20,000 nt of DNA from an uncultured virus (IMG/VR IMGVR_UViG_3300032307_001039). Lineage: Duplodnaviria > Heunggongvirae > Uroviricota > Caudoviricetes. How positions within the stretch are numbered: the stretch's first letter is position 1; each line of letters starts with the position of its first letter. The stretch lies in the IMG/VR virus record IMGVR_UViG_3300032307_001039, one strand, 5' to 3'. A program made the translations under genes and the position numbers. Below the pieces are notes generated by a model, which was given only the letters and a program-made list of their open reading frames with translations, was not told the DNA's origin and did no database searches. Positions 8,901 through 14,231 of the stretch are shown here, piece after piece.

Positions 8901-10455
8901 ATCCCCAAGAAAATAATTTACAGTTTGTATCTATAGCAAAAGTAGTTCCACATCTAGAGTATACACTAATGAAATTACAAGTTGGACATATATTTACAGG
9001 TAAACACTGATTAGTCGTATTACCATTTCCAAGTTGACCTACACTATTGTCTCCCCAAGCATATAATTTACAATCAGTTCCTATTACATGAATATAATTA
9101 TAACAAAAATATGTATAGAAAAAACCGCCAAATGGATTTGGCGTTGTGCAAGTAAAAACATAATATGAATTATTAAAACTATTAAAAGAGCATGCGGAAC
9201 AGACAGCGACTGGCGAACTTTGATTAGTTGTATTACCATTGCCTATTTGCCCTCTGTTATTTAATCCCCATAAAAATAATTTATTAGTGGTTGTTAATGC
9301 TACGGTGGTACAATTATTTGAAGAAGTACAGTTAAAAGTACAACTTGGACAAATTGCTACTAAAGAACATTGATTAGCTGTGTTACCATTACCTATTTGA
9401 CCAACATCGTTACATCCCCAAGCATATAATTTATCGTCAGTTCCAATTGCAAAATTAGTTGCAAAACCATTATTTATAATATTTTTAAAATTACAAGATG
9501 AACATATGTTATAGAGAACACATCTATCAATTAAATCACCAGTACCTAACTGCCCAAGATTATTTAGACCAACTGAATAAAGTTTATTATCTGTACCAAT
9601 AACAAAGCTACTTGCATATGCATGACATATTACATTAAAAGAACAAGAAGGACATACAATAGCAGGAGAACAAGTAGAAGAATTGGTGCCATTTGCTAAA
9701 CTTCCGTTATCGTTACGACCCCAAGTATATAATTTAAAATCTGTTGTTAATGCATATGTACGCTTAAGATTTGGCTCGCTTGATATACAAGTGAAACTTA
9801 AAGATGAACAAATTAGTACAGGAGAACAACGTAATGTTGTTGTACCATCTCCTAATTGCCCGCCTGTTATAGAAGAGCCATTATTTCCCCAAGCATAAAG
9901 CTTATTTATTAAATTTGTAGATAATGAATTTATACCATTTAAACCACTAACTCCAGAAATTGAAGGAGAACCAGTTGCACCTGTTCCACCATTGCCACCA
10001 GCGCCTGCTGCACCATAAACAGTGTTATTAGAAGGTAGAGTTTGTTCATTCCATTGTCGACCAGCTAAACCAGGTCCACCAGTCCCACCATTACCGCCAT
10101 TACCACCAGCTGTTGCGCCACTGCCTGCTGCTCCACCCCCACCTCCACCTGTTCCTCCAGCAGTTCCTGGAGAACCACTATTAAGAGTCACTGATGGTAT
10201 TGTAGTATAATCACTTGTTGTGATTCTTGGCCAACTAGATGGATAACTGTATGTATATGGAGATGTAACTGCTGCTCCAGTATTTTCTATACTAGCGTTA
10301 AAATTAAGAGCTATAACACTAGTACAATCACTACCAATTGATGAAAAAGTTCCAGTGATGTTTTTATAATGACCTGCAGGAAGTGATCCACCTGATCCCG
10401 TTAAATCAGCTAAATTTCCTTTTTGTAATTCTTTGATTTGTGGCAATATAATCAT
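5989..10455 (-). CDS. Large Gly-rich putative virion adhesin with 2 x 9 Cys-rich RCC1/BLIP-II-like repeats
   Basis: 1488 aa. 18 repeats of KLY(A)WGxNxxGQ(L/I)GNGxxxxQCxPVxICxxC, separated and flanked by GGxGGxG polyglycine tracts. Starts 3 nt after the tail-fibre stop codon. Confidence 0.85.
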   Translation of the reverse strand: MIILPQIKELQKGNLADLTGSGGSLPAGHYKNITGTFSSIGSDCTSVIALNFNASIENTGAAVTSPYTYSYPSSWPRITTSDYTTIPSVTLNSGSPGTAGGTGGGGGGAAGSGATAGGNGGNGGTGGPGLAGRQWNEQTLPSNNTVYGAAGAGGNGGTGATGSPSISGVSGLNGINSLSTNLINKLYAWGNNGSSITGGQLGDGTTTLRCSPVLICSSLSFTCISSEPNLKRTYALTTDFKLYTWGRNDNGSLANGTNSSTCSPAIVCPSCSFNVICHAYASSFVIGTDNKLYSVGLNNLGQLGTGDLIDRCVLYNICSSCNFKNIINNGFATNFAIGTDDKLYAWGCNDVGQIGNGNTANQCSLVAICPSCTFNCTSSNNCTTVALTTTNKLFLWGLNNRGQIGNGNTTNQSSPVAVCSACSFNSFNNSYYVFTCTTPNPFGGFFYTYFCYNYIHVIGTDCKLYAWGDNSVGQLGNGNTTNQCLPVNICPTCNFISVYSRCGTTFAIDTNCKLFSWGCNNFGQLGNGNTTNQCLPVNICPTCSFTCVFQNFDATAAYAIDTNCKLFSWGCNFWGQLGNGNMTNQCLPVNVCPSCNFKCLFESCNSYTMYAVDINNKLYGWGVNNLGQVGNNCTVSCQCNPNQILGHLFFNKFTVSGDNAHAITTNGGLGGLGGNTYTVIAPAGGLGGAGGGGGGGGQSIFCRYNYPSYLAQNMDALPTPNNRFHGNGGTGASGNTTSATAGGTGGIPAATWPITTSRSGTGGAAGITSPIADATVGGDGGCVTTAGPTSIPASAPAGFGTPPDTFTFGGGGIAGTNASAGANGTGTTAGSNGSVGGTGGTGTFPSAGGGGGGRGGSGGSGAIQVLGANGGAGGDGSTGGSGGNAGRSLGLMVYNSVSGSILTFGSTGSNALSGSPGSLGQSCTHSNGTSYTGACGGNGGQGGQGGQGSSGRVLLVGRCTQFLCNNSFCANAILNGENGVNGTGEKLYGWGNNSTGQIGNGNFSNQTLVLAICASCDIKTIKSSNGAFFSIDVNNKLFASGFNSDGRLGNGNTSNQCIPVSICPSCNFRDVVPGSFSTYALDTGAKLYAWGRNDAGQLGDSSLVNKCSPLNVCPNCTFICLLPSGENIYTIGSDYKLYAAGCNTCGQLGNGNTTNQCSLINICSSCTFNFIAQENRSVYAIGTDSKLYAWGNNYQGQIGNGEWLNSKCLPIAICPSCNFRCVVIYPSYQTVYAFGTDSKLYAWGSNTTGQVGNGNTVTQCSPFNICPSCTFICIDSNCATAYILGTDYKLYAWGVNSFGQIGNGNTVTQCSPVAICSSCAFIAIDSCCGSTIALGVDCKLYTWGYNLYGQLGNGNTTNQCLPVNICPSCNFVCICAADGSSYAIGLDGKLYAWGLNNFGQIGNNSGLNHCLPVNLCSSLYFSCIIWNNCSVNAIGNANNGSGGAGGTWSNFATLSCGTPGTAGIRGVGGTGGTITSATPGQSSIYYLT
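6145..7500 (-). repeat. RCC1-like repeat block 2 (9 units)
   Basis: Nine units from EKLYGWGNNSTG to KLYAWGLNNFG...VNAIG. Confidence 0.9.
8458..9903 (-). repeat. RCC1-like repeat block 1 (9 units, ~50 aa / ~150 nt period)
   Basis: Nine KL(Y/F)x(W/V)GxN units counted in the translation. DNA 8826-8877 and 8976-9027 differ at 1 of 52 nt. Confidence 0.9.
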
Positions 10456-10458
10456 TTT

Positions 10459-13400
10459 TTACTCCGTATAATCAAAGGCAAATGTGCCAAAATAAATAGT
10501 GGAAGTATAACAAACAAATGAATAAATGTCAGTTTTACCATTAGCACTTGGAACTGGAGCTATGCCAGCGGGCCATTTTATATTACTTCCCCATGAATAA
10601 GATGAACCGTTAGATCTTATTCTCATATAAATAACTTCGCCAACAAGACCATTTGTTAAATTAATAGTTGCAACAGAGTTAGTAGTTTGATCAAACTTGT
10701 AAATAGCATGTGAACTTGCAGAAAGATCAATTGTGCCACTAGTTAAAACACTTGATTCTCCATTTCTATATTTTCGAGAGTTTACTGTTAAAGAATTTAA
10801 TGTTCCATCTCCTGATGATGTAATACCGTATGAAGTGTTGACAGTGATAGCATTTGATGTGATATTGCCAACAGTTAGATTTGCAGCAGTTCCAGTAATT
10901 TTTTTACTAGTATTAGTAATATTTGATAAAACTTCAAAACCAACAATTGCCCCTGTTGACGCATTAACCTCAAGTCCAAAAAAAGCTTGCTTAGCAGTGG
11001 TATCATAGTAATTAAAAATAAAACCAAGATCTGTGCTAGTGTACATGGTTGAAAGTGTTTGATTGTTTAAAACTGGTACAGGATCTTTTATTTTTACATT
11101 TGTAGTATCTAATAACGTATCTGTGCCAGAAACAGTTATTTGATCAAATAAGCCTCTACCAGAACTATTTATACCATAAGAAGTGTTAATAACAAGAGAA
11201 GTTGGATAAACTGTTCCAGCTTTTAAATCAGCATCTGTTCCAGTAAATTTTTCAGATGTGTTAGTAGCAAGTTTTAAAAGTTTAAAATATTTCAGAGTGC
11301 CATCTGTTTCAAGTTCCATCCCAAAGAAACCAATTCTAGCAGCAGTATCATAATAATTAAATTCAATACCAAGATCACTACTTGTATACATACTTGAAAG
11401 TGTGCCTCTGTTAATTTTTATGACAGGATCTTCGACAGACAATGTCGATGTGTTTAAAGTGACAGTGTCTCCATTTACAGTTAAGTCACCTGTTACTGTT
11501 AGATTGTTATTAACAGTGAGAGAAGATAGCGTTCCAACTCCTGAAGATGTAATACCATAACTGGTATTTAATGTAATTGCATTGCCAATTATATTGCCTG
11601 AACTATCTATAGAAAATGTCGATGAATTTGAATTTAACGAGTTTGCAAAAAGTGCACCACTTTTTATTGTTGAGAGCGTACCAGTAATTTTTTCAGACGT
11701 GTTAGTGGTATTATGTAAAAAAGCAAAATAGTCAATACCATCATCAGCAACATCAGATGTCATGATATAACCAAAAAAACCAGTTTTTAATGCAGTTCCG
11801 TTGGTGTCATAGTATTTAAATTCGACTCCTATATCTTTTGTTGGAGCAGAAGAAGGGGCACTATTGTTAATTCTTATTATTGGATCTTTCATGAGAATGG
11901 TGTCTGCATTAAGAGTAGAATCACCATTGACAATTAAAGAAGTAAAAGTGGCGGCACCACCAGAAGTGATACTAAAATTTGTTGATGAAATACTGCCTAT
12001 GGTTAAAACACCGTCTTTATCAATCTTAGCAACTTGTGTGCCGCCAGAAGTGGTGAAAGTGCTACCCATATTTTTTAAGAAAATGAAATCAGTGTCAGCA
12101 TTTCTACCAGCAAAAAGAAACTCATCTTTATCAGTGGTAGCTTTTAAACCCATACCAACTCCATTAGAGACATCTTTTTTAAAGAGAACTATGAATGTGT
12201 CTTTTGTGTTAGCTCCACTTGAAAAGACATAGTCTGTGTTAGTTGAATTTCCAAGATCGATATCTTGGTTGAATGACATGCCATAGTCATTTGGAAAAAT
12301 CTCGTATGTGCCTATAACTGATTTTGTGGTATTTGTGACACTATTAAAAACCACATTGTCTACAGTTCTGATTGGTTGATCGCCATGATAATAAGGTGCA
12401 TTATCTATACCGCCAAGATTATTATGTACGTTAGTGGTGGCAGTAGTTGGCTGTAACGCTGTAAATCTCCAATCTACATAATCTGCGCCAGTATCAGTAG
12501 TTACTATTTTTGCTTTTAAATCATTAGAATAAGAATCACTTGTTTGATAAAGAACTGTACCTATAAATCTAAATTCATAAAAAGGAAGACCAGAGAGATT
12601 ATTGATTTCAGAGTTAGCACCAGCTCTTGCTTCAGCTTTAGAGCCATATTCATTTTCTCCCATAATGGCCATAACACCATAGTTAACATCATTAGTAGCG
12701 ACGATATGATAACAAACAAATTTATTGTTTGTTACTTCAGTTAATTGCCAAGCTCCATTAGTGTATTGATTATAAGCTATTCTGCTTCCTGAACTGTATG
12801 AAAGAGCCGAGTATCCAGATTGAAAACCTCTTCTCCATGATGATCCAGCTCCCGTGCGGTAAAGAACTCTTAAGCCAGTAGTTGAAGAGACAGGAGATAT
12901 GGTATGAAGAATATCTTCATCTCTGATATAACCAGAACCAACAGAAAATTGCACATCAATTGCTAAAGCGCCAGCATTAAAATTAAAATTACTAAGACCG
13001 AGGCCTGAAATGTAAGCTGCGCCATGTGTTGCATGTTTCCAGATATGACTATGAGCGTCCATGGCTAAACCATGTCTTTCATCACCAAAATGAATAGCTA
13101 TATTACTTTCAGCATCCCAGTAAAGATAGGCAACATAACAGTATTTAAGTATGAAATCATTTGAGAATGTTTGTGTTTTTTGTAGATCACCGTTATCATC
13201 AAAGTAAAAAAACCAAAGTCCTTCTGTGTCAGTAATAGTTTGAGTTTGTGCAGAGGTTTTTTTAAATAGTTTACCTTTTATCATAAAGATAAAAGAGGTG
13301 CTTGCTGGTGCAATACTAAAAGTTCTTGTTCCGTTATCAAAAGAAATAGTGGAAGTTGTTCTATCCACTTCACCAGCAGAATTTATTGGAAAACCAGTTG

Positions 13401-13554
13401 GTTCGCCGCTTTCTAAACCAAACGTGAATGGTCCCCAATTTGTGCCATCATAATATTCATATCTGCTTGTTGTTGTGTTATAAATTACCGAAGATTCTTC
13501 GGATGTTAAACCATCTCTTGTTGCTTCTGTTATTCTAGGGACATCAAATATCAT
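10459..13554 (-). CDS. Long tail fibre protein
   Basis: 1031 aa, T/S/G/N-rich. N-terminal PRITEATRDGL...VIYNTTTSRYEYYDGTNW motif. Three internal repeats (LTVxGxxxxLxxxxxxxxDP...DLGxxFxYYD...GFFG...TNTSEKxTGT). C-terminal TIDLS...WGSNIKWPAGIAPVPSANGKTDIYSF domain typical of phage fibres. Confidence 0.8.
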   Translation of the reverse strand: MIFDVPRITEATRDGLTSEESSVIYNTTTSRYEYYDGTNWGPFTFGLESGEPTGFPINSAGEVDRTTSTISFDNGTRTFSIAPASTSFIFMIKGKLFKKTSAQTQTITDTEGLWFFYFDDNGDLQKTQTFSNDFILKYCYVAYLYWDAESNIAIHFGDERHGLAMDAHSHIWKHATHGAAYISGLGLSNFNFNAGALAIDVQFSVGSGYIRDEDILHTISPVSSTTGLRVLYRTGAGSSWRRGFQSGYSALSYSSGSRIAYNQYTNGAWQLTEVTNNKFVCYHIVATNDVNYGVMAIMGENEYGSKAEARAGANSEINNLSGLPFYEFRFIGTVLYQTSDSYSNDLKAKIVTTDTGADYVDWRFTALQPTTATTNVHNNLGGIDNAPYYHGDQPIRTVDNVVFNSVTNTTKSVIGTYEIFPNDYGMSFNQDIDLGNSTNTDYVFSSGANTKDTFIVLFKKDVSNGVGMGLKATTDKDEFLFAGRNADTDFIFLKNMGSTFTTSGGTQVAKIDKDGVLTIGSISSTNFSITSGGAATFTSLIVNGDSTLNADTILMKDPIIRINNSAPSSAPTKDIGVEFKYYDTNGTALKTGFFGYIMTSDVADDGIDYFAFLHNTTNTSEKITGTLSTIKSGALFANSLNSNSSTFSIDSSGNIIGNAITLNTSYGITSSGVGTLSSLTVNNNLTVTGDLTVNGDTVTLNTSTLSVEDPVIKINRGTLSSMYTSSDLGIEFNYYDTAARIGFFGMELETDGTLKYFKLLKLATNTSEKFTGTDADLKAGTVYPTSLVINTSYGINSSGRGLFDQITVSGTDTLLDTTNVKIKDPVPVLNNQTLSTMYTSTDLGFIFNYYDTTAKQAFFGLEVNASTGAIVGFEVLSNITNTSKKITGTAANLTVGNITSNAITVNTSYGITSSGDGTLNSLTVNSRKYRNGESSVLTSGTIDLSASSHAIYKFDQTTNSVATINLTNGLVGEVIYMRIRSNGSSYSWGSNIKWPAGIAPVPSANGKTDIYSFVCYTSTIYFGTFAFDYTE
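10888..11940 (-). repeat. Three ~85-90 aa knob-like repeats within the tail fibre, separated by NTSYGITSSG-type shaft repeats
   Basis: Units at about 11679-11940, 11236-11510 and 10888-11143 share DP, D(I/L)G, YYDT, FFG and TNTS(E/K)K(I/F)TGT. Confidence 0.8.
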
Positions 13555-13568
13555 TATAAAACCATTCT

Positions 13569-13598
13569 ATTTTTTTATAATATATTTTATAAAAAAAT
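13569..13598. promoter_or_regulatory. 12-bp perfect inverted repeat just upstream of the long-fibre start; candidate operator/hairpin in the main intergenic region (13555-13728)
   Basis: ATTTTTTTATAA (13569-13580) - 6 nt spacer - TTATAAAAAAAT (13587-13598), 14 nt from the ATG at 13554. It is all A/T, so chance is not excluded. Confidence 0.35.
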
Positions 13599-13728
13599 TA
13601 GTTTTTATTTCATAAAATTATATTTTATCTTTTAATCATTAAAACAAAGAACAAATAAAGAAAAAAACAAAGAAAAAATGTTAATAGCGTTTGTTTGTCT
13701 GTGTTCTCTAGAACATAAAAAAGAAATT

Positions 13729-14223
13729 TTAAGACTTTTGTTGCCATTCTTCAAAAGGAGTTATTTTTGATAACCACCAATTTTCTTTTTCTGTAAATTC
13801 GTAAAGATAATTTCTATATGATTTTAATTTATTGATGTCGCCGTTAAATTTAGGCGGATGATTATTAAAATATTTATCAGTTTTACTAAGAAAAGAATTT
13901 ATTTTTAGTTTTATCTCTTGCTTGATATCGTTTTCTGTTTTTTCTTTTTTTATTGTTGGAATAAAATTTTTATCTTCATATATAATCTCATCTTCATTAA
14001 TATTTTCTCCTAGTTTTTTATATACTTTCGTTAAAGTGTTTTTTTTATAAATATTTGCTGTTCTGTAGTCATAAACAATATCCCATTTTTTTCCATCGAA
14101 TATCTGATTTCTATGTTTTGGTATTTTAAAATTTATATCAATAGTAGTTGAAGGGAAACCATCTATTTCTGCTAAATTTTCAAAAAGAAATTCTCTTGTT
14201 TCAGGGTTATAGTGATAATACAT
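13729..14223 (-). CDS. Tail fibre assembly protein (Tfa / tail assembly chaperone-like)
   Basis: YHYNPETREFL...PSTT...FDGKKWDIVYDYR matches the lambda-Tfa-type pattern (Y.Y...TGE.I...P..ST...F....W....DHR). C-terminal INSFLSKTDKY...LKSYRNYLYE resembles tail-assembly-chaperone RxxLLxxSDW...YRxxLRD. Confidence 0.75.
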   Translation of the reverse strand: MYYHYNPETREFLFENLAEIDGFPSTTIDINFKIPKHRNQIFDGKKWDIVYDYRTANIYKKNTLTKVYKKLGENINEDEIIYEDKNFIPTIKKEKTENDIKQEIKLKINSFLSKTDKYFNNHPPKFNGDINKLKSYRNYLYEFTEKENWWLSKITPFEEWQQKS

Positions 14224-14231
14224 ATTTTATT

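Noticed and set aside
6354..9027. Near-identical repeat pairs as a diversity-generating retroelement TR/VR
   Set aside because: All copies are in-frame within one gene, the few mismatches are synonymous third positions, and there is no reverse transcriptase or non-coding template in the window.
6145..9903. Regularly spaced DNA repeats as a CRISPR array
   Set aside because: The period is ~150 nt, units are degenerate and they encode RCC1-like protein repeats; no cas genes are present.
1..13554. Visible GC step between the enzyme cluster (very AT-rich) and the fibre/adhesin genes as evidence of horizontal acquisition
   Set aside because: Largely explained by the Gly/Ala/Thr/Cys content of the structural proteins, and 13729-17177 is similarly AT-rich. 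A GC3/codon analysis, which I could not run, would be needed.
13702..13722. Small hairpin TGTTC-TCTA-GAACA near the Tfa stop as an intrinsic terminator
   Set aside because: The stem is only 5-6 bp and weak, and on the transcribed (minus) strand the U-run precedes rather than follows the hairpin.
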